DNA of 64,000 bases from Eremomyces bilateralis CBS 781.70 (taxonomy: Eukaryota). Numbering within the stretch: position 1 is the first letter of the stretch; each line of letters opens with the position of its first letter. Shown in pieces: positions 40,059-51,161 of this stretch. The translations under genes and the position numbers were made by a program. The stretch is taken from NCBI GenBank assembly GCA_010015585.1, contig ML975153.1; one strand, 5' to 3'. The notes beneath the pieces were generated by a model. That model searched no databases. It had not been told where the DNA came from and was given only the letters and a program-made list of their open reading frames with translations.

Positions 40059-40399
40059 TAACTGCCTCCTGATAATCCTCTCACCACATCTAGCCTCATC
40101 CACACATATATCGGGCACAGATCACAGGCCTCGGACCATAACAAGTGATACGATATTCGTCGGGTAGGGAAAAGAGTCAGTACTAATAGCAAAAGTAAAG
40201 TAATGAGTAGATCCTTTACAATGGCTGGAGGGCTTTTTTGTCAGTAAGGTATAGTTTAGTTTGAATATCTCTGCGACCTACGTCTTGAAGCGCTCGAGTT
40301 CATTCGCCATATTCTACGAGATCTTGTCACGATTGAAGGACAAGCCGTACCAGAAGAGACTGAATATATTCATCAATTGTCTTTCCACTACAGCCTGTA

Positions 40400-41668
40400 G
40401 GTCACAGCGACCTCGGAAGCGGCGGCAGCCAATATCAATGGGGTCACCATCCATTTCACTTACAGGTTCTTCAAAGATATAACTCGGTCGGCGGGTCGGT
40501 ATGCGGATCTAGAGAGCTTTACGCCGAACAATTTAACCAGCCTCCGCATCGATAGACGAAGCCAGGCCGAGTGGCAGGAAAAGGTCCGACTTATCATCGA
40601 TAAGATTAATATACTGGGTACTTAGACGCAGTACGTAGTGAACGAACAGCTGTGCTGACTGCAACGGAGTATAGACGACTTTGGCAGGATCCCGATTATT
40701 GTCTTCTGCGGGGATTTCTACCAATTTCGTCCGGAACAGAGGCGGTCGATCCTTGTCCCTAGCCATGCTACTGTATAGACCGACGATACATCGTTCCGAG
40801 CAGAGTAAAGGCACTAGCACGATAAGGCGCACGCGCTGTAGAATAAGTTTAACACGGTCGTGATGCTCGACGAATAGGTCCCGTACGGCTAGAGACCCAC
40901 GACTCCAGCAACTCCTCAGGCGGATCCGGCACAGCGTTCAAGATCAGTCCGATATGGATTTCCTGAACCAGACGTGCTACTAGGAAGGTCGACGTATCCT
41001 ATAGGAGTCTAGCATCACGGTTATTACGCTGCTGAATCGGAACCGCTGGAATCTGAACGTCGAAGCTATGCTATCCTTCCAACGCCAAAGGCAAGGCGTG
41101 CTTCGGATTTTCATGTCCAAGCATAAGTAGAAAGATGGCCAGCCTATAGAGGAAGAGGCCCTAATACTGTTAAGTTAGGGAGACGACAGCGCCGTCCTCG
41201 TCCCCGCCATCTTCATGTTCGTCCCGGGGATGTCCATAGCTTTAAATTAAAACACCCACTAAGGCCTGAAGCTGGTCAATGGCGCCCGCTACACGGCGTT
41301 AGACGTCGTCCTCGACCAGACACCCCCCGGGCATCGCGTTAACGCCGATACCATACTCCACCTCGGGCCTCCGGCCGGGATCGTGCTGGCGTCCGAGACG
41401 ACGAGAGACTGCGACTTCGTCAGCATGCCAGCCGGCACCGTCCTCCTGGCGCCCGTCAGCATCAAAATCGACTGCTAAAGACAGCGGCCGTGGCAGATGC
41501 ACGACGTTAGCTAGCGAGGATTACCGTTCGCAGCGGCGTTCGCCTGCACGGATTACAAGGTGCAAGGAAAGACGTTGGGCCGAGTGGTGCTGGAACTTCG
41601 CGGTGCGAGGACGATAAAAATCGATAGGATTATGCTCCTGTCTCGAGCGCGGGAAAGGGACATTATTG
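40400..41668 (+). pseudogene. RIP-mutated PIF1-type helicase fragment (Helitron-like transposon relic)
   Basis: Degenerate motifs VTATSEAAAANINGVTIH, LIIDKINILG (from LIIDEISMLG), FGRIPIIVFCGDFYQFRP, LNRNRW, LVNGA, AFACTDYKVQGKT. At least 9 TAG/TAA stops in the helicase frame plus frameshifts. Confidence 0.9.
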
Positions 41669-41740
41669 TTATGGTCCCAAGCCTGTGGCCTGGGCACTTG
41701 AGTATGGCTGAAGCCACAGGGACGTGGCTAAGTGGATAGC

Positions 41741-41779
41741 ACAAAGGAGATAGGCACAAAGGAGATAGGAACAAAGGAG
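41741..41779. repeat. 15-bp tandem repeat ACAAAGGAGATAGG(C/A), about 2.6 copies
   Basis: Read directly; lies between the helicase relic and the 3' end of the transporter gene. Confidence 0.85.
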
Positions 41780-41936
41780 GTATCTTCTATATCTCGCGCG
41801 CAGAGGCGTTGGGAGGTTTCTTCCTTCTCTCTCTTCAGTTTAGATTAATGGAACTTGGTAATCGTAGACCTTGCGCATCCAAACCGTGTCAGCCTTGTCG
41901 ATCGTTGTTACAGATGGTGACGCTTCTTTCTCACAG

Positions 41937-44825
41937 CTATATAGTCCGGCTCGTTTCACCCTCTCCATGCTGTAGATTGTTGATGTCCAGTCGCTCGTTG
42001 CGGGTGACCCGACCAAATATGGCTGCAAGCTCCTTTCGTGACTCGAATAGCGGCCACTAGTAGTCAAGTATTAGTCGCCGTCACTGTTAGATATAAGGGG
42101 GATACTCACAAAAAGGATGAGAATCAAACTAATGAACACAAATGTTGCGGCTGCGACACACTGTAGCACGAAGAGGCCTCTTGGGTAGACGACGGCGGTG
42201 CCAGCAAGTGGGGCAGGAATAAGGACGACTGAGTAATTTGTAAGCCATAGCTAGGATAAATGTGGAATTGATACTCACGGATGACGAGAAGAAAGAGTCC
42301 GGTGATGATGCGGAAATGAGTCTGCGATGCCTCGAGCTTGGCCACTTCTTTGGCATACTGCGCCTCGGTCGCCGTGGTTCGGCCTCCACCTTCCACCGCG
42401 TAAAGAGCAGGCTCATATGTCAGATCTTTTGACCCAGCGAAGTGACTCTGGCTATGTTGAGGGACCTTTTCGGTTGACCCGGTCGATTCGGTCGACACGG
42501 TCGCTGATTCTGGAACGGCCACGCCACGACCGATGGCTCGGGTGAGCTCAAAATCGAAAGAAGCGGGTTTTATGAGAGACAGCAGTATAGATATGATAGC
42601 GCCACTCCCCAAGGCCGACAGCGAACCCGAGAGGATGACCTTGCTGTCGGTCAGGGTCGTGATAGATACTATCCCCTTGGTGGTAACCGCGGTGACCAGC
42701 CAAGCCACGAAGCCCATGACCAAACCGCCAAGGACCCCCAGGACGGCGCCGGCCTTGTTCAGTCGGGTCCAGCACATCAACAAGCCGATTGGGAAAACGG
42801 CGCCGGAGGTGCAGACGGCCATGAGGTAGAAGAGGAAGTTGAGGTCGAGACCGATGTACGCAAATGCAGTGTCGATGCCAGCGAGGAAGATGGCCCAGCA
42901 GATAACCACTTGGAGAAATCAGTCATGAACGAAGGCGGCCGGGGGAGGACTCACCGGCATGGTTGATTCTCATCATCTGGACATTTGTTGCGGACTTGTT
43001 CACATACTCACGATAGCTTTGAAGATCAGCAAGGGTTTTCCGAGTGTGGGGTGATGTGCTTACATGTCGTAAGAGAAAATGGTCGACACCGCAACCAGTT
43101 GAGCGGACAGCGCGGAAGTCGTTGCCTTAAAATTTTGGTCAGCAAGTGCAACTCAAAGGACATTTCAGACGAACCATGAACGCAATTATGGTATACATGA
43201 CTGGCCCTGCTTTGCCGAGTATTGTCACGCTTGCAAACGGCCCAGCGAGTCCTCTATAAGATGAAAAGTCAGAATGATGCGGTGGAATGGACATAAGAGG
43301 GCACTTACGCGCCAATCTGTGCGAGAGAAAGTCCATTGGGGTAGGTCGGGAAGGCGGGATTCGTTACCAGCGCCCTTGCGGCCAAACCCATCGATGATCC
43401 GATACCAAAGGCGACTATACCGCGGCGTGAGTACGTTGTCATGACCTAGTCTCGAGGGACGTACCTGAGAAGAAGAAACAGCCTGCGAAGATGAAGGCCT
43501 TGCTGGTCCCGGCCGGTCGAGCCGCGATGCTTCGCTGCCAATATGACCTGGTGTCTGCAGTTAGCCTCTTTCCGAGGACTCGAATTGCGGGCCTTACTGG
43601 TCACAAAAGGACAATCCGAAAAAAGACGTGGCCGCCGTGACAGCGTAATCTGTTCCTTTGTCAGTTCAGTCGATGTGGACGGGTGGGCTGGGCCACATAC
43701 ACATGCCGCCTTCACTCCGGAAGGAGAGATAGGACTCATGCCCGTTACCTAGTGCTGGGGCTTCCTATTGCGCGTCAGCCGTCGAATACACCCCTCTAGA
43801 GCATTCTGGAAAGTATTCACCTTGGAAGCTTGGAGGAGAAGGTCGTACAGCTTGCCAGGTGACCCAATGACGTCGCCTCGTGTGTAGGTTGCCAAAACGA
43901 GAACGAGGAGGCACGAAAAGAGTATGCAGCAGTGGAGATAGTCCGCTCTGTGAGTCCTGGTCAGTATCCGCTGGCATTCACGGAGAATAGACGACATACA
44001 CGAAGGTGGCTCGAAGACCACCAGTCAGGACTGTTTAGGTGTCAGTGATGGTTAGACTGGGGTGGTTCGTTGCGGACCGTAGACAACGACTACCAGCGGA
44101 AGCAGCCAGATGGCAGCGTATTCGCTGATACCCGTCAGACCAGCGATGACTCCAGACCCGCCGATGAGAATCTCGCTGCCCACCACAAAGTTGGCAACGA
44201 GGGCGGCGAACATATACGCCAGATGACCAAGAGTGCCGAAGCGGACTTTCGCCACTTGAAGATATCTGCCAACAAGGATGAGTTTGGAACTTGGTATCTC
44301 AGAACTGGCCAGGGGCTTACGTTGAGGCGCCGCTGGCGTTTACCTTGATCTTTGAGGAGATAAATGCGAAAGCTGCGATCTCTGCCTCGTTGTCAGTCGT
44401 CACCTCTTGAGTCCACTTCAACGGCTCCAAACTATACCGACGAAGCCTCCCATGCCAAACCACCAGGGCACCGAGATGCCATAGAGGTAGGTGAGCGTCC
44501 CCGTTTGTAGAAAGACCGCTGCCCACACCCAAGCAGACGTGATACCCACTGACATCCTGCTTGTGCGTCAGTTGCGAGCATCTCGGAAGAAGACAAGTTT
44601 TGACATACATTCCCGTCTTGACGGACCTGGAAGCTGAGGAGAACTCCTCCACCTTCCGGGGGTCAAAGCTGGTGTATCGTTTCTGTACCCAAGTGATACC
44701 GTTCATGAGTACCGCGAAGAACGCACCGCCGACCAAGACTGCATATGGTCAGATATCTCAACTGCGCACCGGGAGAGAGAAAGCTTACTGGTCGCGTATC
44801 CGGCGCTTTGAGGTAGCAGTGACAT
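41937..44825 (-). CDS. DUR3/UreA-like urea active transporter (sodium:solute symporter family; roughly 15-17 introns)
   Basis: MSLLPQSAGYA; EEFSSASRSVKTG; AKVRFGTLGHL; IGSPGKLYDLL; SAQLVAVSTIFSYD; C-terminal WPLFESR...; stop TAG at 41937-41939. Confidence 0.88.
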
Positions 44826-44975
44826 GGTGTTTGATCGTTTTCCACCACAGACTCATTGCAATTTTGATTCTTTGGCTCGTCTCGGAGCCCCATCCTGTAG
44901 ATACTCAAAAGTTATATAGATCAAGAAGAGCAATTGCGCGAGAGATTGTCAGCAAGTTGCAATTCTACACTAAGC

Positions 44976-45069
44976 TCGGCCATCCGAAACACTAATAGAG
45001 TTCGAGACGCAGGGACGAAGAGCCACGCGAGCGGAGCGAAAAGCTTAAGCACTTCTGCCGGCGATCCGA
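44976..45069. promoter_or_regulatory. Two CGG-N4-CCGA inverted-triplet sites in the transporter/TF divergent promoter
   Basis: TCGGccatCCGA at 44976-44987 and CGGcgatCCGA at 45059-45069. CGG triplet pairs are typical Zn2Cys6 binding sites. Confidence 0.55.
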
Positions 45070-45804
45070 GCGCCCCTGCGAAAGGAGTCACCGAGTCAGA
45101 CGCCTTCAATACCATCACCTCAACTTTTGAACTGGAACTGAACAGTGACCATCGATCCGTTCTACTTCAAGTTTGAACACCGAACTCTATAGGATACCAA
45201 TCTCATACAGACCATGCCACTTTGGAGGGTGCTTTTCTCTAGATAATTTTTCTTTATTGTCTTCCTTTTTCCAGGATATGTCTTCGTCTTAGGCTATCGC
45301 ATTGCTAAGGGTAAGACCACAGGCTGTCAGCTTCTTGAAATATAAAACAAGTTGCTGTTCTTGCACAATTTTGTGCAAATTTTGTGCTTAAAGTCAGCAT
45401 TCTTCTTGGGCTACTGTATCCCGTTGTGGTGCCTCCTGAGGGTCTACTTGTCGACTTTAGATTCCCATCGCTGTAGCATCATAATAACATGATTAAAACT
45501 TTTGAGAGCAGCAAGAGCCTTTTGATTGGGGTACTCATTGCAGAGCAACTCCTTTTTGAAGTTGTATATGGTACTAAGTTTGAGTAGGATGGCTCGGACC
45601 AATATGTGAGTCCTCCTGTTGTGGAGCCTATGCCCTCTAGCAAAAAGTAGGCCCGCATAGTCAAAATGACGAACCATTCGCCGATACGCACGCCATCATA
45701 AGATATGGTACCTGGGCGAGGAGTTGAGCTTCGGCCTGATATCTCTTGCCATCTTCTATACGTCGTGGATATGCCTTGTTGGGCTGTGTTACCCGTGTCT
45801 TACC

Positions 45805-48720
45805 ATGTCACAAAACGAGGAGCATGACGAGGTGGTGGACCTGTCCGAGATCCGGTGGAAGATGCTGGTTGCCTGCGATATCTGCAGGCGACGAAAGGCG
45901 CGTTATTGGTTGCTTCTCATATGTATGGTCCTGGCGCTGAATCTTTATTCCTTTATAGGTGCGGTGCGACGGTGAGAGACCGTGTTTGAGATGCAGCAAA
46001 GGTGGAAAGAAATGTAGCTTCTCGACGCGGTAAGTGGCGACGACACCCGCTGCGTATATATCGACTATGATCTGAATACCAGCGACAGAAGACGAGTCGT
46101 GATAAACCCCGAGGACATACGGTGAGCAACGGTTATCTTTACAGTAGTGACCCCCAGCACTGAGGACCGAGACAGGGCCGTGAAGCGGCCTCGAACAACC
46201 CCTTTGTCCCCGGATCACTTGTCCTCGAAGCGGTCGATCTCAAACGTCTCGTCGCCGAGACCTGTATCCTCGTCTGAGCCTTCAAGGGTTCCAACGGGGA
46301 AGGACAGATTAAAGCCAGATGTAAGCAAGTCCTTCTCCTAATCTCGTTCAGGATCGCTGAAAAACGGAACCAGCGGCGAGAGGCCGCTCCCTCCACGCCA
46401 GGCAAAGAGCATCTTCTGCTCATCGACTCGGATGACCAGATCGTCTATTCTGGACCATCGACGGGAATGTCCTTGTTCGCTCGCCTCGGCTTGCTTCACA
46501 CTGTCGAAGTATCTGAGAGCGACAGGACTGTGACGTCTTTTGCGTCTCACTCTGTAGGCGCCTTGGGCATAACGGGAGCCACCACCTCTTCCAGCGACTA
46601 CTTAGATCTTTGCCTGCAACATTGCCCGCAGGAACTCATGTTCAAGTTGATAAACTATCATCTGGGCACTCGTCAGTCCCGTCTTATTTCGGTACTTGAC
46701 TGTCACTGAACAACCTTCTCTTACAGCGATCTTCTTTCCACTACTTCACGCTCCTTCGTTCTTATCTGTAAGGCCACGAATCCATCTAGGCAACAGAGCT
46801 GATCGCTTGTGCAGGAATTTGTCGCCGTAACCCAACGCCGCCTTCCATGTACTGCTCAATATGGTGCACTCCTGATGAGCATCTTTGCTGTGACGGCGCG
46901 TCTGGTCGAAGGTGCCAGAGCCCTCCTTCCAGCGTCGGAGCGCGACCAAGCTGGCGAGAGGTATTTTGAGCTTGCTCAAGACCTTATCAGAACCAGCAGA
47001 AATAAGCTCGACATCCGGCACATTCTCGCTCTTTACCGTTGGTGTGGTCACTGCGTTTCCCATTTCAACTTGGCTGACTCGATGCGTAGACCTTGCATTG
47101 TATGCCGAAGGTTGCACCAGTTCTGCGAGTCAGTTATTGCTCTAGACCGGTAAAGGTGTATTGTTGACAAAGTTCACAGGCTCCGTCTCTAGCTTCGTTG
47201 CAGAAGCAGTTGGTCTGGCCTTTACCACGGGGCTTCACCGTAGTACGAATGAGTTCAAGATGGACCCGGTGACGCTACAGGTGAGCCCTCCGCCCCCTCG
47301 CGAGGCAAGTAAGATGCTAAGCGGCAGGTCCGTACCCGCCTATTTTGGGCCTTATATACGCTAGATACCTCCCTAACCTATTCTCAAGGGCGGCCACCAC
47401 TCATCAGGTTGTCAGAGTGTAAGTCCGCCGATGTCTCGTGCCGCACCGTGGAGTAGCTGAGTAAAAATAGGCAGCGTCGACCTTCCTGTCATTGTCGACA
47501 ACGAATACATAAAAAAAACGGAGATTCTTCCCCAGCCCGAGGGAAATCCGCCACTGGCGATGGCCGCAGCTGTCAAGATGATCGAGATATACATCGCCCT
47601 CGAACAGGTGCGTTGTGATCCCATGCTATTGGATCTCATACTAAGCTGTGCTGTAGGTGCTGTCTGCAATCAACACCCCATCAAGAACACCTGCCGCGGC
47701 CTTTTCTCTGAACGACCCTCCGCTTGACCGCAGCGACCTCCTAAAACGGGCGCAGAAACGACTGGACGAGGTACGTATTTGGCCACGGGGCGAGGAGAAG
47801 ACTGAGGTTGAGCATTGTTAATGGACTGGTTTGCACAGATTGAACGAGATCTCCCGCCATATTTATCGCAAGTCCTTGTGACAGCCGATCCGGCCTCAAG
47901 CTTCTTCTACTCTTGCCGCGTCCGGACGGTCCTCCAATTTGTTCGGACTCTTATTGCCCGTCAAGCCCTCATTGACGAACTAGAGACGAGTCCGATGTCC
48001 TCCAAGAAAGAGACTAGCTTCGCCACATCGGAAGCCTGCGGCCTCTCGGTAGACACCGTGAAGACGTATTCACGCTTACGGCACTTGGGCCTTCTTCGCT
48101 TTTGCGGGTTCCACGCGATATCCCACGTCATTGCCGCTGCGCATACGCTGATCGCGTGTATGTTGAGGAGCTTCGATCTCGCCTTTGAGCATCGACCTGA
48201 CCTGCTGACCGCCATTGACATCCTGCTCGTCTTCTCATCTACATTTCCGAACGTCGAGACGGTCGTCCAGCTCCTTTTTCAGTTGTCTCACAGTTTGGAT
48301 CACAACTATGGTTCGAATAGCAAGAGCGAGGCCATTGCCGTCCGAGTCCTCGCTTCGAAAATGGCGCGGCCCGCTTCGAGAGTCGAGCAGCCTCTCTTGA
48401 AGCCAGCATTTTCCTGGCAGTCCTGGAATGGTAATTCTACTCAATGGGTTGATCCTGAACACCCGTCCAAGCACATTGTCGGGACTGGGACGTCTCACGC
48501 CTCCTCTAGCTACACTCAACTATCTGTCTCGGACACTGACTTTTCGCCTACTCCTCGGGAGGACACATCGGCCTTCAGCACGACTAATGACGCTTCTGCT
48601 TGGCTTTCTCTAATAGCTACGGGGCCAGTCGAACCCGAATGGACATATAATGATTCAGATCATGCGGTGTGGGGGGACAGCTTTTCATTTCTAAACGACG
48701 GATTGATTAGCAAATGGTAG
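45805..48720 (+). CDS. Zn(II)2Cys6 transcription factor with a fungal TF middle-homology region (about 12 introns)
   Basis: ACDICRRRK|VRCDGERPCLRCSKGGKKCSF; AFTTGLHR; RTRLFWALYTLD...QGRPP; long last exon ending at TAG 48720. Confidence 0.88.
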
Positions 48721-48947
48721 GAGCTTCTAATATATCATAACCAATTGCTTCATACTCGTTTTAGCCAATCCACTGTCGTTGTCTAAAAACTCGGAACTTC
48801 TTCGTTTCCCATGACCCATGAAAACTCATACTGCCCTTGCAACCCACTACCATGCTACAGCGCAGAATCTCTGACCGAGATACGTATGAACAGTGGGCAG
48901 ATGTAATAATGGAATTGAACACTCATCGTGCCTTACCGAGACGGTTT

Positions 48948-50783
48948 CTAGTCGATAAGCTCCCGAATATGCTGCTTCCAGGCCGGCCACGCTCCCCATC
49001 GCTCTTCAGCGTCAACTTCCTCTGGTCCTCCTTCGCCAATCAGGCTAAGCAACCTCTCAGCATATTCGAATCTGCACGGATGATCAGCTTGAGCACCACC
49101 AAAACCACGGCAGACTTACTCTCCCGGATGGCCGAGAATCAAGGTCGAATGCGAATCTGACTCCTCTTCTAGATGAGGTGTCAGCTCGAGTGGCGTACCC
49201 GACCAGTAGGCCGCTATTGCTCGAGCTTGCATCTCGGAAAACGGCCAGGGGATGGCTTCGGCGTGGAGCAGTAAGAATGCGAGTGTGGGATCCGGTAGGT
49301 AGAAGATCTGGTGTGCATCGAGATGATGAACGCCTTCTTTCGGGTCAGTGCCGGATGCGTACTTCATTGAGGGGACTCACGGTGCCCGCCTTCCAGAGTA
49401 GCCTGACCCACCAAGTTCTTTGGTGGTCGGCGATGCTCTTGAGGGACATACGGGTCCCTCAGCAAGGGTGCTTTATCGAATGGAGAGTCCGACGGGAGGC
49501 AGAACTCAAAGCGGAAAAGGAATCCGGTAGCAAATACAATCACCTATGGTTGTCAACTCTGCAGGTAGACTAAGTGCCGCGGGAAAGATCTCACGTCCAC
49601 GTCATCCAGAATCTCTTCCGAGACAGTGATGATCCTACCAGTACCGGAATCGAGAGAGGGTGGCTCGACGGTCCGTATTGGTGCAACATTCTTGATATAT
49701 TCGGTCCATCCTTTCTCGCGTTCGGTGTCATACCGAGGCTTGCTTCTGAGAGAACGGTACACTCGGCGTGGTGCCAGGGGCGACTCTTCGACACAAAGCA
49801 TGCCGAATTCTCGCACAAGATCCGCACCTGCATTGTTAGCGGAGACGACAAGGACGAGAAAGGTTGCTCTCACTCGAGGGTCCGGCGCCCATCACCATCA
49901 CGGTCTATCCATTTTTCAGCTTGCAGTCGCGGGAAAGATGCGGAGATGGACTTACCTTTCCAGCAAACGCTTTCGCCTGTCGGTACCATCTTGAGTGCAA
50001 AATTTCCCCTTTCCAGGCCCACAGGTTGTCAATCCATGGGATGAATGGCCTAGAATCCGATCCGTTCGCGACAACGATATTGTCAAACTCTTCTTCAAAG
50101 ATCTTTCCCACATCTGGCGACTTGCTGGTCGCAGATGGCGACCACTCTATGAGCCATCTTTTGCTTGAAGCACGATCAGGGGGTGTATGCCGTACCCGAG
50201 TGACCACCCGGTTGAGTTTGATGTGACTGGCGTAGGTGGCGGCGTGGTTTTGTTGATACCGATAGATAACGTCATACGTTGGAGACTCTGCTGTGCCTTG
50301 GGCATAAGGGTGCGAGCGATATGGCATGATATCCTTGACAAGCCAACAGTGAGCACGAATTTTGCAGAAAGCACTTATTGACACTCACTCGAGGCGTGTT
50401 GGCCGTGACGCCAGCATATATAGGGGTTGGAGCCGGCGCTGGCTTACCAGACCGTTCCAGGTCTGTCAGAGCAACGGCATGGCCAGCCTCGTCGAAAGAG
50501 ATTCGGCATGGTGGCGGCGTTGGGTCAAAGTTCCTGTATAAATCTCCGTCAGCGCAAGGGGTCCCAAGCAAATCATTCGAGTGCGACCCGACTCACCAGA
50601 GACCACCTACACTGTCGCGTGCCTCGTACGCCACGACATCGAAACCTTTACGCTTGAACTGCTCAATGGCTCCCAGACCTCTTCATTTCGACATCAGCTC
50701 TTGTTTTGTGAATTTCACCAAAGTTGCACTCACGCGGGGCCGCAACCTATGATGAGGACCGAAGGTCGCATTTTGACGGTCAT
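48948..50783 (-). CDS. Flavin-containing monooxygenase (class B, Fmo1/thiol-specific monooxygenase-like; about 8 introns)
   Basis: FAD motif IIGCGPA|GL, VGGLW, FMO fingerprint WKGEILHSRWY, NADPH motif VMGAGPSS, FATGF, FYLPDPTLAF, PWPFSEMQARAIA; stop TAG at 48948-48950. Confidence 0.9.
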
Positions 50784-50949
50784 CGCTGGTGGTCGTATCC
50801 CAAGTCGGGTTGCTCGCAAACATGGCACTGAAGATATAGCTGGAAGAGCCTCGAGGCATGCACATTATTATCCGATCCACTGCTCCAGGTAAAATCCCGT
50901 CCGTCTACTACCACAAGCTCCACAGTTCAGCTTGTCGTGATCGTGAGCT

Positions 50950-50997
50950 CGGCAGAGCCGAAGCACGCAACTGCCCGCCTGCCCTCGGATCACCGAG
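50950..50997. promoter_or_regulatory. CGG-N5-CCGA and CTCGG-N4-CCGAG sites in the FMO/rhodanese divergent promoter
   Basis: CGGcagagCCGA at 50950-50961 and CTCGGatcaCCGAG at 50984-50997. Confidence 0.55.
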
Positions 50998-51161
50998 ATG
51001 GCAACGAATTCTTGCGACTGGCAAGGCGCTTTGGCGGCTTGTCCTTTATTGACAATATTGTCATTGGTATTTATGAGATAGCAATTCTCAGAAGCGGCCA
51101 TTGATGGTTATTTTTCTTTTCTGTGTCTTGAGACGTGACAACTAATTATCGAGGCTAGTAA

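Noticed and set aside
39511..40400. Possible DUF3435 captain remnant inside the left TIR
   Set aside because: No recognisable recombinase motifs or ORF by eye; tblastn is needed to exclude a heavily decayed copy.
40029..41779. Short tandem repeats as a CRISPR-like array or as Helitron termini
   Set aside because: Only 2-3 adjacent units without spacers in a eukaryotic genome; no clear 3' hairpin plus CTRR end was identified.
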